This document shows positions 40,281-54,691 of a stretch of DNA of 64,000 bases, piece by piece; position 1 is the stretch's first letter, and each line of letters opens with the position of its first letter. The position numbers were made by a program, and so were the translations under genes. The stretch lies in contig OX597816.1 in assembly GCA_951406725.2 (NCBI GenBank), forward strand, positions 47,306,001 to 47,370,000. The letters run 5' to 3'. Source of the stretch: Octopus vulgaris (lineage: Eukaryota). A model generated the notes under the pieces. That model saw nothing but the letters and a program-made list of their open reading frames with translations, had not been told where the DNA came from and made no database searches.

Positions 40281-40666
40281 TGTGGAGGTGCAATGGCCCA
40301 GTGGTTAGGGCAGCGGACTCGCGGTCGTAGGATCACGGTTTCGATTCCCAGACCGGGCGTTGTGAGTGTTTATTGAGCGAAAACACCTAAAGCTCCACGA
40401 GGCTCCGGCAGGGGATGGTAGTGATCCCTGCTGTACTCTTTCACTACAACTTTCTCTCACTCTTACTTCCTGTTTCTGTTGTACCTGTATTTCAAAGGGC
40501 CGGCCTTGTCACTCTCTGTGTCATGCTGAATATCCCCGAGAATTACGTTAAGGGTACACGTGTCTGTGGAGTGCTCAGCCACTTACACGTTAATTTCACG
40601 AGCAGGCTGTTCCGTTGATCGGATCAACCGAAACCCTCGTCGTCGTAACCGACGGAGTGCTTCCAC
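40281..40666 (+). mobile_element. tRNA-derived SINE group B, young full-length copy with 12-bp TSD
   Basis: TSD acataaattata at 40269-40280 and 40667-40678; CpGs retained. Confidence 0.93.
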
Positions 40667-41035
40667 ACATAAATTATAAAGAACGACCACTAATTTCAGG
40701 ATATGTTCTGTAATTTTGTCCTTACAAAAACTTGGATAAACTTTAAGAATTTAAAAACTTCCTCTTCCTTTTTAGTCGAATGGTTGCTTCTTGACATAAT
40801 ACTCAGATCAAAGTTAAGAATTTGAAAAACTACAATCCTGATACATAGATACATGTGTGTGTGTATGTATTTGTTTGTGCATGTGTGTGTGTGTGAGAGA
40901 GACTGCACACGCACATGTGTATTTATGAAAGTATTTGTTTATGTGTCACTTCAAGTACTTATGGAATGTGAAGTGGAGTTTTTCACTGAATAATTTTGCA
41001 TGTTTGTATACTTTTTTGTGTGTTACAATGAGTGA

Positions 41036-41105
<70 letters not shown>

Positions 41106-41240
41106 GTCTATCTGTCTATCTGTCTATCTGTCTATCTATCTATCCATCTATTAATCCATCCATCCATCCATCCATCCATCCATCTATCTGTCTATCTATC
41201 TATCCATCTATTATCCATCTATCCATCTGTCCGTCCGTCC

Positions 41241-41304
<64 letters not shown>

Positions 41305-41344
41305 GCCTGTATAGCTATCTATCCACCTATTTATCCATCCATCT

Positions 41345-41404
<60 letters not shown>
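41036..41404. repeat. (TATC)n/(TCCA)n/(TA)n microsatellite
   Basis: Direct reading. Confidence 0.95.
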
Positions 41405-41407
<3 letters not shown>

Positions 41408-41511
41408 GCACCCAGCCTCAACAGGAGTTGTTCCCTGTGCCATCTTGCAGTGAATCTGGCAAACAAACAAAGCACATACATTGAGTATTCAAAATCAATA
41501 ATATATATATG

Positions 41512-41548
<37 letters not shown>

Positions 41549-42394
41549 GTATGTATATGCATATTTACAAGTCTGTTAGTATGTGTGTGAGTGTGTCTCT
41601 ATACTTGTCAATTGGTGTTGGTGTGTTTTCTTTGCCATAATATGGGGTTCAGGCAAAAAGGTGCCAATGAAATAAGTACTTGACTTAAAATATGTACTAG
41701 GGATCGAGTTGATTGACTAAACCTTTCATTTGGCAGCTGAGACTCATTTCAAGCTGAGTAGATTGAAGTCTCTGAATTGAGCCCTTGACTTCATGATCAT
41801 TGACCGAATACCCTAAACACTCACCCACATGCCTTTATAGAAGTATAAAGAATAAACTAATGTTGAGTATGAAAATCAACAACATGGCAGATGAAAAATA
41901 GTGTTCTACATACCAAACAGACATTAAACCCAAGAGGGAGTTTTCATCTACTAATTGCTCAAATATTTTCACTTGATCAAAATTTCTCAGCTCATTATAT
42001 TACATATGTGAGATCCTGATGTATTTGTATTTTGTATATAGAACATTCCCCCAGGGTATTTTTCCTCAACGACATTATTGATATTACAAATATTTAACAG
42101 AGAATTCAGATCTCATGAATGTTATATTGTGTGTATTTTGTTTTCTGATATGTGATTATGACATTCTCTTGCTGTCAACCGGAGCGTGCTTATACAACTG
42201 ACTCTTCTCTCATCGACCTTACCAACTATGTCGCATCTCTCATATCAAGCAATAAGTACTTGTGGTTTCAGATTTAATCTATTACTTGGCATCTTAAGTA
42301 TCTTCTACTGTATATCATCGACCCAACTAATGCTTTGTGAGGGAACATCATCGTATGTATGTGTATATATATATATATATAAATATATGTGTAT

Positions 42395-42446
<52 letters not shown>

Positions 42447-42689
42447 TTAAAAATCATTGTGAAAATTACTTGATACAGTATTACTAAGTATAAGAAAGAT
42501 TTTTTTTAAAATTATTTTTTTAAAGGAAAGTTATAAATTCTTTATCATAATGTCACCAATTTTTGTGGAAGAAGTTTCTTTCTCATGTATGTGCGAGGGT
42601 TGGCAGCCAGACATGAAGGAGAATGGTGGCAACAGCAAACCTGGGCCATGGACACTGCTGTACTACTGGAAATTGCATTAATTGATGTG

Positions 42690-42774
42690 CTATATATATC
42701 TATCTAACTATCTATCTATCTACCTACCTGTCTGTCTGCTTGCTTGTCTCTGTCTGTTTGTCTGCTTGACTGTC

Positions 42775-42813
<39 letters not shown>

Positions 42814-43009
42814 GTCTATCTATCTCTCTATCTCTCTATCTATCTATCTATCTATCAATCTATCTGTCTGTCTGTCTGTCTGTCTGTCTGCCTGTCTGCC
42901 TGTCTGTTTGTCTATATGTCTGTCTATCTGTCTGTGTATCTGTCTGTTTGTCTGCCTGCCTACCTACCTACCTACCTCCTCTACCTACCTGTCTGTCTGT
43001 CTGTCTGTA

Positions 43010-43094
<85 letters not shown>

Positions 43095-43130
43095 GTTTGT
43101 CTGTTTGTCTGTCAGTCTGTTTATCTATAT
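42690..43130. repeat. (TCTG)n/(TATC)n microsatellite
   Basis: Direct reading. Confidence 0.95.
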
Positions 43131-43552
43131 AGGTATCTATGTAGGTGTGTGTGTATATGTGTGTATGTATGTGTGTGTGTGTATGTGTATTTCTGTGCTT
43201 AACATCTGGTGTTGGTGTGTTTACATCCCCATAACTTGGGGGTTACCCACAGAATAAGTACTTGACTTAAAATATGTACTAGGGGGTTGTACATAAAATA
43301 CGTCCTAGGGATTGACTAAAGCCTTCAAAGAGAGGTCTCTGTGTAGCTGCAGTCCAATGACTGTAACAAATAAAAGAATAAAAGAATAAAAGAATACAAG
43401 AATACTCTAGGTTTTAGTGTTTTAATGAAAGATCTGTAACTTTAAATATGAACATTTCATGCATGTAAGTCTTATTAAGAAACAATGTCTATTATTACAT
43501 GCTTAATGTGCATTCAACTGATTCTTTTAGCAAAATACCCAGTGAAAGACTC

Positions 43553-43800
43553 ATCATCAGCACCCCTCCTCCTCCTCCCCTCTCCCTCCCCCTCCCCGTC
43601 GTCCTCCTCCTCACCACCACCACCACCACCACCACCATGGCCACGGCCACGGCTGCTGCTGCTGCTGCCGCTGCCGCAGCTACTGCCACCACTGGCGCAG
43701 CTGTCGTTGTCATCATCATCATCATCATCACCACCACCACCACCACCACCACCACCACCACCACCATCATCATCATCACTGTCGTCGTCATCATTTTCAT
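43553..43800. repeat. Compound trinucleotide tract (CCT/CAC/GCT/CAT)
   Basis: Direct reading; runs into an RTE 3' UTR remnant. Confidence 0.9.
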
Positions 43801-44126
43801 GCCTTGGCATGATTGGTTTCTCTGGCTGGATGCCCTTCCTAATGCGAACCACTTTACAGAGTTTACTGGGAGCTTTTTTTTTGTGTGTGCTACCAGTACT
43901 AGTTGGGTTGCCAAATAATTTTCAAGGGAGAATAAAAAATATAACAATAAAGGATAAAGCTGCCATGACTAAGTTGGTGGGGTGGGCTATTGGGGATTGA
44001 GAGGTAATTTTATACTAGGTGCTGAGAGGTTAAAGTATGATAGGACAAGGACAAGCGCAAGTGTCTAGCTACAGCAGAGATACACAGCTATCCCACATTA
44101 TATAAGGGTGAGTAGTTGTAACTGGG

Positions 44127-44445
44127 TGGAGGCACATGGCCTAGTGGTTAGAGCAGCAGACTCGAGGTCAAAGGATTGCGGGTTCGAATCTCAGACCAGG
44201 CGATGTGTGTGTTTATGAGTGAAACACCTAAGCTCCACGCAGCTCCGGCAGAAGGTAATGGTGAACTTCTGCTGACTCTTTTGCCACAACTTTCTCTCAC
44301 TCTTTCCTCCTGCATCTTGCAGCTCACCTGCAATGGACCGGCGTCCTGTCCAGGTGAGGAACCTATACGCCAAGGAAACTGGGAAAACGGGAAACCGGCC
44401 CTATGAGCCAGGGATGGCTGAAGAAGGAACAAACAACAAACAAGA
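44127..44445 (+). mobile_element. tRNA-derived SINE group B, full length with 13-bp TSD
   Basis: TSD agttgtaactggg at 44114-44126 and 44446-44458; B box GGTTCGAATCT. Confidence 0.93.
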
Positions 44446-45402
44446 AGTTGTAACTGGGAAGAAGATATCATTTATCAAAAGTCTAACTTAAAATTATACA
44501 AAGAATTTTGTTGAAATTAAATGAGTTCCAGTCACCAGTCACAAGATTCATAAACATATTTTTAAGATGAAGAAGAAACAAAACATTTATAAGTATTAAT
44601 TCTAGTTATTAGAATTAGATATTATTTTGAAAATGATAAAAAAACTATAAAGAAACTTTATTTAGCAATAAACTGTAAACTGAAAAGCATTAAATTACCA
44701 ATTCCCATATTTATAGATTATTACCAATTTAATTAGAAATAAGAAAGTAGTAAACATAATTTTTCTAGCTATTATATTGTCTATATAAATATCATATTTT
44801 TGCTGCTGGATAATTACATATATTTAATATTTTTTGCAGATAGTGTGGCTTGGTGGTTAAGAAACTTGCTTGATAACCATATGGTTTCAGGTTCAGTCCC
44901 ACTGCATAGCATTTTGGGTAAGTGTCTTCTATTATAGCTCCAGATCAAATAATGCTTCTGAGTGAATTTGGTAAATGGAAATGCTGGTCCCCCAGATGAA
45001 AATGATTGGCCTGCAAGACCCCTGTGCTGGTTCCATGGAAAAAGCATGCATGTGGGTGCCACATAAAAGCGTTCATGCCAATGCCATGTTGAAATCACCC
45101 AGCACACACTATAGTGGTTGGTGTTAGGAAGGACATCCATCTGTAGAAACCAAGCCAAATCAGACAGGAATTTCATACAGCTCGCCTGCTCGCCAGCTCT
45201 GGTCAAACCGCCCAGTCCATGCTAGCATGGAAAACTGATGTTAAAGGATGATGATGATGATGATGATGGTGATGGTAGCGATGATGTTGTTGTTAGTAGT
45301 CTCTCAAGTCTAAGAAAAACGGCTCCATAATTTCTTGTTGAACATCTCACTCAGATGATTTTGATTATAATGATCAAATGTTTGTGTGGTACATTAAACT
45401 CA

Positions 45403-45629
45403 CTCTCTTTTACTTGTTTCAGTCATTTGACTGTGGCCATGCTGGAGCACCACCTTTCGTCGAGCAAATCAACCCCAGGTCTTATTCTTTGCAAGCCTAG
45501 TACTTATTCTATTGGTCTCTTTTTGCTGAACTGCTAAGTTATGGGGACGTAAACACACCAGCATCGGTTGTCAAGTGATGTTGGGGGGGGGGAAGAAAAA
45601 TACAGACATACAAACATATACACACTCAT

Positions 45630-45664
<35 letters not shown>

Positions 45665-45833
45665 CATATATACGATGGGCTTCTTTCAGTTTTCGTCTAT
45701 CAAATCCACTCACAAGGCTTTGGTCGGCCCAAGGCTATAGTAGAAGACACTTGCCCAAGGTGTCATGCAGTGGGACTGAACCTGGAACCATGTGGTTCAT
45801 AAGTAAGCTACTTACCACACAGTCACTCCTACA
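45403..45833 (-). mobile_element. SINE group A, full length
   Basis: Reverse copy. Confidence 0.92.
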
Positions 45834-46011
45834 CCCCATCAAATCAACATTGCCTGCACAAATACATGATGTGCCACATGTCAGATGCTCAAGTAATTGC
45901 TGAGCATTGCAAAACAAAACTTTCTACTCAAGAACACAATGTGTGTGTATTTGTGTGTGCGTGTGTGTGTGTGTTTTGTCTGTGTTGTCCCACTTCCACT
46001 ACATGACAACT

Positions 46012-46281
46012 GTGGAAGCACCTGGCTTAGTGGTTAGGGTGTCGGACTCATGATTGTATGATTGTGGTTTCAATTCCTGGACCAGGCAATGTGTTGTGTT
46101 CTTGAGCAAAACATTTCATATTGTTCCAGTCCACTCAGCTATCAAAAATGAGTAACTCTGCTACAGACTGGCATCCTATCCAGGTGGGGAATATATACGC
46201 CATAGAAACCGGGAGACTGGGAAACTAGTTGTTATGAATCTGTATAACACAAGAAGGTAACTTTACCTTAACTTTACCTTA
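46012..46281 (+). mobile_element. SINE group B variant nested inside a SINE A tail
   Basis: tRNA-like head; SINE A sequence on both sides; degenerate TSD tgacaactg/cgacaagtg. Confidence 0.75.
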
Positions 46282-46650
46282 CTGTACGACAAGTGGTGAT
46301 GATTTGTTTACATCTCCATAACTTCCATAACTTAGCAGTTCAGCAAATGAGACCAATAAAATATGTGCCAAGCTTAAAAACTAAGTACTATAACTAGTTT
46401 GTTTGACTAGCATTCCCCAAGGTGGTGTCCCAGCATTGACCACAATTCAATGCCTGAAACATGTTTAAAATAAAAAATAAAGTAGCTTTGAGATTATTAT
46501 TTTGCTTGTTGTTTAGATCAACAAACCTATGATCAAAGGAGTTCCAGCCATGACTATCCAATCTTATTTTTGGCTGATTGGATGTGATTTGAGAAAGATT
46601 TGGTTGCTACATTCTACAGGTTAAGTAACCATATCGAGACTATCTTACTG

Positions 46651-47001
46651 ATTTGTATTGCTGAGTTACTGAGCACTTGCCTAAGTGCATTGCTGAGTTA
46701 CTGTGCACTTGGTTATTTATATTACTGAGTCACTGAGTACTTGGTTATTTGCATTGCTGAGTTACTGAGCACTTGTTTAATTGCATTGCTGAGTTACTGA
46801 GTACTTGGCCATTTGTATTGCTGACTTACTGAGCACTTGGTTATTTATATTGCTGAGTCACTGAGCACTTGGTTATTCGTATTGCTGAGTTACTGTGCTC
46901 TTGGTTATTTTATTGCTGAGTTACTGCACATTTGGTTATTTGTATTGCTGAGCCACTGAGCATTTGGTTATTTGTATTACTGAGTTATTGAGCACTTGTT
47001 T
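46651..47001. repeat. 32-bp minisatellite, 11 units
   Basis: Consensus atttgtattgctgagttactgagcacttggtt, no spacers. Confidence 0.95.
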
Positions 47002-47212
47002 ATAAATAAAAATGTTCTTCCCTGAATGTTCTGTGCTAGTCTCTGAGGCAAGCACACATATAGATATATTCACTTCAGTCTGCCTGTTTGACAATGAAGT
47101 TGCACTCTAGCTTACATGATAAAGTGGCTCTTGACAGAATGGCCACCCAATAGTTAAAAAAACAAAAAAACAAAACAAAATCAAAAAGACATTGCTTAAA
47201 GTAATAAGTATA

Positions 47213-47374
47213 AGGCATGGCTCTGTGGTAAGAAGCTTGCTTCCCAACAACATGGTTCAGAATTCAGTCCCACTCTGTGACACCCTTGGCAAGTATCTTC
47301 TACTTTAGCCTCAGGCTGAGCAAAAGCTTTGTCAATGGATTTGGTAGATGGAAACTGAAAGAAGCCCATCGTAC

Positions 47375-47455
<81 letters not shown>

Positions 47456-47801
47456 CATATATATATATATACACATACATATATATATATTCTATACAAA
47501 GGGGTGCTGAAAAGATCCTGGCTTTGAGTAAAAGAAAATACATGAGGATTAGTTAATTATGATTTTATTGAACATATTCCCCACTCAGATTCATGCACTC
47601 CTTGTGTTAGTTCTTCAGTTTTGCTAAGCCCTTTAAAAGAACTTAGAAGGTTGGGCCTTCAGCCAGACCTTTTGTGACACCCTTAAAGCTAGGAATTTTT
47701 CAGTACTTCCCCCCATATCTATGTGTGTGTGTGTGTTTGTCTTTGTGTTTGTTCTCCCCCACCACTGCTTGACAACCAGTGTACGTGTGTTTACATCCCT
47801 G
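47213..47801 (+). mobile_element. SINE group A interrupted by a MITE
   Basis: Head at 47213-47372; the body resumes at about 47720. Confidence 0.8.
47495..47717. mobile_element. Mariner-derived MITE
   Basis: TIRs ggggtgctgaaaagatcctggcttt / aaagctaggaatttttcagtacttcccccc, TA at both ends. Confidence 0.75.
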
Positions 47802-49253
47802 AAAATTAAATGTTAGCAACAATCAAGATGAGGACACCAGCTTGACTAATGTAAACAGTGTACATAATTCTGAACCACTCAAGATAATTTTGTCCTTAAG
47901 CAAGATCTTTCATTTCATGTTGTTTCAATCAACTCAGCTGTGAATGACTATTAGCAAGTTGCTGGTGAAACCCTTTCCTCCTCCAGTTGTTACATCCTAG
48001 ATGTTCTGCTGGGTTCAAGTTGAGGAGGACAACAGGGTCTATGTCTACTCACTACTACTCAGGCACCTAAAACAATAAGTAAAAACATGGTGCAATTTAC
48101 TCGTCCATAATTATTCATAAGTGATGGCTGACAGTACTGCACATGCAGCAATAATGGTGAAAAAATTCCTAGAATTATGGTATACAGTTAGCACTGAAAT
48201 TATTTTTGACAATTTATTGCAAGAAAATTTATACACACGCACAAACACACGCATGCTTCCATTTATTATTGGGGAAAAAAACAACAACAAAAAACAAAAC
48301 AATAAACAAAAACAAAAACACACAAAGAAACAATCTTTGAAATGTCAAGCTATTCAATGAAGATCAAGGCATTTAAAATCTAAGAATCAATTTTTGTTAC
48401 TTTCCAAATTTCACCGATATTAGTTTGAACATTTCTGAACATATGAGAGAAATAACTATGCAGCTATGGACATAAAGAATTTTAATATTCCAAATCCCAA
48501 CAGACATAAAATATCTCATTAGCAGACAAGAGGAAAATACAAATGATATAATATGAATGTGTGTGTGTGTGAGTGTTTGTGTGTGTGCGTGTGTGTGTAT
48601 TTGTATATGTATATATACACATACATATACACACACACGCATATGTATTTATTGATGCAGAACAATTATATTTATTGATGCAAAACAGTTACACATATTT
48701 TCATATGTATATATGTATACACACACATATATATATATACATACACACATATATACATACATACACATACACACACACAGAGATATGTTATATATATATA
48801 CATATATACATGTCTGTTTGTGTGTGTGTGTGTGCATGTATTTTCTATCTTTATGTATGTGTCTTTTGTTCTTTAATTCTGTTACATGTTTTAATCAATG
48901 GACTGTCGTCATACAGGGATGTCAGTTTGAAGGGCTTAGTCAAATAAATCTGCCTCAGTACTTATTTTAATTTAGGCATTTTACTATGTCAGTATCATTT
49001 TGGTAAACCACTAGGTTATGGAGATGTAAACAAACCAGCAACAGTTGTCAAGCGGTGTGGATACAAGCACAAAGATATATATGCATACAAACACACACTC
49101 ATGCACACACACATAAACACATATATCCATATATAGACATACACACACAAACACACCCACATGCACACTCATACTAACATACATGCACATATGTTTGAAG
49201 AAAGATTTTCTTGAGTCAAAAATTGTTAATTAAATAAAAATGTCCTAGAATAT

Positions 49254-49295
49254 GTGTGTCTGAAAAGCTGTAAATAGTGAAAGCACTTAACACAT
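49254..49295 (+). ncRNA. Decayed minimal hammerhead ribozyme motif
   Basis: gtgtgt-CTGAAAA-gctgt(aa)atagt-GAAA-gcact-TA-acacat; G8 mutated. Confidence 0.5.
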
Positions 49296-49552
49296 TACAA
49301 AAAAATTTCTCAAAAAAGATTTCATGTCATTCTGTTTTTATAAATTTTCTAATATAATTTAATATGATTAAGGAATGTTTTAAATATTAGTAAATCTTTC
49401 TTCAAATATTGTGACTGCATCACGTATTCTTTGTTAAAACAGTTTTTAAATATATATGTACATGTGGGTGTGTGCACATATATTTATGTGTGTGTGTGAT
49501 GTGTGTGTGTATATATATATATATATATAATTGTATGTATACACATATCACG

Positions 49553-49810
49553 AAGGCTTAGTGATTAAAGAGTTGTACTCATGATTGCCATATCATGGGT
49601 TCACTTCCTGAACCAGGCAGATCGTGTTCTTGAGAAAAAACATTTCCTTTCACTTTGCTCCACTCCACTCACTTGCAAATGGGTAACCCTACGATGGGGT
49701 AACCTTTTGATCAGGAGTGGCATCATTTGAAAGCTAAAATGATGTGAAGTGCATTGTGAGCAGCAATGTATAACATCTGATTGTTTGGTCAGTCATATGA
49801 TCATGTGATA
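49553..49810 (+). mobile_element. SINE group B variant
   Basis: Colinear with the reverse complement of 16420-16692. Confidence 0.7.
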
Positions 49811-49959
49811 CATATGTATTATCATCATCATTTAACATCCACTCTTCAATGGTAGCATGAATTGTTGGACTTTATTTGAGGCAAATTTTCTATGGCCAAT
49901 TGCCTTTCATATTGCCAACCTTTAGCTGCTTCCAAGCATATGTATGTGTATGTATGTAT

Positions 49960-50362
49960 TTTTTTATTCTTTTACTTGTTTCAGTCATTTGACTGTGGCC
50001 AAACTGGAGCACTGCCTTTAGTCGAGCAAATCGACTCCAGGACTTATTCTTTGTAAGCCTAGTACTTATTCTATCTGTCTCTTATGCCGAACTACAAAGT
50101 TATGAGGACATAAACTCACCAGCATTGGTTGTCAAGTGATGTTGGGGGGGGGGGACAAACACAGGCATACGAACATATACACACACATACATATATATGT
50201 ATATACATATATACGACAGGCTTCTTTCAGTTTCCATCTACCAAATTCACTCACAAGGCTTTGGTCGGCCTGAGGGTATAGTAGAAGACACTTGCCTAGT
50301 GAGACTGAACCCGGAACCATGTGGTTGGTAAGCAAGCTACTTACAACACAGCCACTCCTGCA
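49960..50362 (-). mobile_element. SINE group A, full length
   Basis: Reverse copy. Confidence 0.9.
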
Positions 50363-50874
50363 CTACAAAATGGGATGAGAACGCAAAACATCCGGACAAC
50401 TAGGTGATACAAAAAGGGCACAACAAAACATCCAGATAGACGATATAAAAAACATGGACGAGTCATTCGAAGCCTTTTATCTTCAGTCAAGAACCGGATC
50501 ATCCTAGCAACTTAGGCTGATTAATCTCGAGATTGCTCCAACCTGGCCAGCCCCAAACTGAGCTAAGAGCATTAGATTCTTTTGAAAAAAAGCATCGAAT
50601 GTATACGAAACAAGGACAGAAAAACAGACGATGTTACACGAATATAAATACAAAAATACAATAAAATCAATAATAATAATAATAACAAGACATAACAAAA
50701 GGCGTCTTTCGACTGGAGACGAATTGAATTCAGCTGGCGTGTATGGAAATGAAGCCTTACAGCAGAGGGAAGAATATCGATGTGGCAATGACCACTGTCA
50801 AACGCAAAAGGGCTAGCAGTCGGCCAACAGTCACATGAGAAGAGGAGAAAAAGAGGAACAAAGGAATTAAGGAG

Positions 50875-50905
<31 letters not shown>

Positions 50906-50996
50906 CAAGAGAGAGTGTGTAGCAGTAGATAGATGGAAGAATCAAGAAGTGGCAAGAAAAAAAGAGAGAAGTGCATATAAAGTGCATATAAATGTG

Positions 50997-51032
<36 letters not shown>

Positions 51033-51560
51033 TATTTGGGCACAGGGTGTCACGAAACGTGTACAACAAAAAAGTACAAACCAAGGATGCATGGAACATG
51101 AACTATTCTTTTGAACAACAAATGACACAAATGGAAAACAAAACAAACAACATAAAGAATGATCCTTCATCAATTGTTGGCTGTTTTTCTAGTCTTGTAT
51201 TTCGAGCATTTAACAACAATATACACTTTTAATAAAACAGTTGCTCCCGCAAAGCTTATCAAATAAAATTTGGGATTTTGTGAAGGGTCAAAATAGGTAA
51301 CACAAACAGGACAGTGAGTAAGCCTAAACGAGGTTGTGGTGGCGAATGTGTAAATCAAGCTAGGACAGGAGACAAACAAGAACACATCTTCCTTGATCCA
51401 GCTATAATGGAGAGAAAAGAGAAAGATGGCCAATGGTCACCTGGGAGCCATGTGAGCAAGGGAGGAGGAGTAAGGGAGAGAGAGAGAGACAATAAAAAAG
51501 TGGAGCAGTTAACAGTGAGAAGTGGATCATTGGTCATTATTTAATTATGATGAGAGTATG

Positions 51561-51638
51561 TTTACAGCTGTTTCTGTATATCAAGCTGGGGTAAATTTGT
51601 ATTAACCTCATTACAATTGATAGATATCTTCAGAAGGG
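51561..51638 (-). ncRNA. Minimal type I hammerhead ribozyme, intact core, short stem I
   Basis: ccctt-CTGAAGA-tatctatcaa..ttgatataca-GAAA-cagctg-TA-aa; palindromic stem III acagctgt. Confidence 0.7.
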
Positions 51639-51877
51639 TTATATGGCAAAAGATAAATAGAAGGAAAATAGAAAGAAAATATAAGGAAAGGAAAGGAAAA
51701 AGGAAAAATGTTTGTTAATTCAATAGTCTTACATTTTAGTGACTTCCATAATTTATTATATCAGTTGGAGGATAGAAGAGAAGAGGGTTTGTTATATCCA
51801 TGGTCTTATAATTAGTTAGTTTCATAATTTCACATCTATCCCTTAGGAGGTTACATTACCTCTAACTTATATCTTAC

Positions 51878-51964
<87 letters not shown>

Positions 51965-51998
51965 ATAGTTGAAAAAAAATCAAATTTTTATATATAAA

Positions 51999-52932
<934 letters not shown>

Positions 52933-52964
52933 ACATATATGTTATATATACTTCCACCACCATC

Positions 52965-53450
<486 letters not shown>

Positions 53451-53597
53451 CTGTATCTTTCAATACATCTCAACACTTCTAAAGCAAACACTGTTGACTT
53501 TCAACGTAAGTTGAATTAAACACACACATACACATATGTGTGCGTGTGTGTATGTGTATTATGTATGTATGTATGTATGTATGTATGCATGTATGTG

Positions 53598-53653
<56 letters not shown>

Positions 53654-53656
53654 TAT

Positions 53657-53955
53657 ATCGTGAGATTGTGAGTTCGATTCCCAGACTGGGGCGCGTGTTG
53701 TGTTCTTGAGCAAGACACTTTATTTCCCGTTGCTCCAGTTCACTCAGCTGTAGAAATGAGTTGCAACGTCACTGGTGCCAAGCTGTATCGGCCTTTGCCT
53801 TTCCCTTGGACAACACTGGTGGCGTGGAGAGGGGAGGCCGATATGCATGAGTAACTGCCAGTCTTCCATAAACAACCTTGCTCGGACTGGTGCCTAGGAG
53901 GCTAACTTTCTAGGTGCAATCCCCTGATCATTCATGACCAAATGGGGTCTCCTCC
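53657..53955 (+). mobile_element. SINE group B variant, 5'-truncated
   Basis: B box GAGTTCGATTCCC, core 'ttcttgagcaagacac..gctccagttcactcagctg', distinct tail. Confidence 0.8.
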
Positions 53956-54147
53956 TATATAAAATTATTAGAGTTAGAGGTTGGAATAACTGTCTAAGGG
54001 GTAAAAGTATCCATTTTACTACTGGTTTAATTACCTATGTTAACCTTGGACATACATATGCAAGCATATTATGCTCACAGATTAAAAGTAATAATTGATG
54101 CTAGTCAATTTTTGTTGATCAATATTTCTCCAGTTTGTGTTTACTTT

Positions 54148-54218
<71 letters not shown>

Positions 54219-54273
54219 CGGAGATGTACTTGCATAGCAAGTGACTTGATCTGAGATCGTGTGTTGGAACGAA

Positions 54274-54540
54274 AACAATTGCAGCATGGAAGGTGTTTAT
54301 AAGCCATTTAAGAAACACCAAAAACCATTAGATTCACTTCAATATTTAAATTTAAATTGTCATAATATTTTCATCGCTTTGAGATCGCAACCTGTTCGCT
54401 GACATGCAGCACGAAGTGAACAGGTCACGGTCTCAAATCAACGAAAATATTTTGACAAATAAAATTTAAATGTTGAAATGAATCTAACGGTTTTTGTGTG
54501 TTTCTTAAATTGCTTATAAACACCTTCCACACTGCAATTG

Positions 54541-54542
<2 letters not shown>
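54274..54542. mobile_element. Fold-back element with paired G3-C8 hammerhead motifs
   Basis: About 127-bp arms; minus 54358-54404 reads tgtca-GCGAACA-g-gttgc..gcgat-GAAA-atat-TA-tgaca; plus copy has core GTGAACA at 54416-54422. Confidence 0.75.
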
Positions 54543-54578
<36 letters not shown>

Positions 54579-54651
54579 CTTACTTGGAGAAAAGAAACGA
54601 AACGACGCGAGGGCGCTCAGTCATATAATAATTTAATAAATAAAATATATG

Positions 54652-54684
<33 letters not shown>

Positions 54685-54691
<7 letters not shown>

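Noticed and set aside
40281-40360. tRNA gene (possible Arg-like anticodon region)
   Set aside because: It is a SINE head: it continues into the SINE body, has a TSD and lacks a proper acceptor stem.
43485-44000. Pro/Ser/Gly-rich ORFs
   Set aside because: A compound trinucleotide repeat fused to a LINE 3' UTR remnant.
46651-47001. CRISPR-like 32-bp periodicity
   Set aside because: No unique spacers, eukaryotic context and no cas genes; it is a minisatellite.
50500-50575. Hammerhead-like stems (cttagc/gctagg, ggctgg/tcagcc) on the minus strand
   Set aside because: Both core boxes are missing in this copy.
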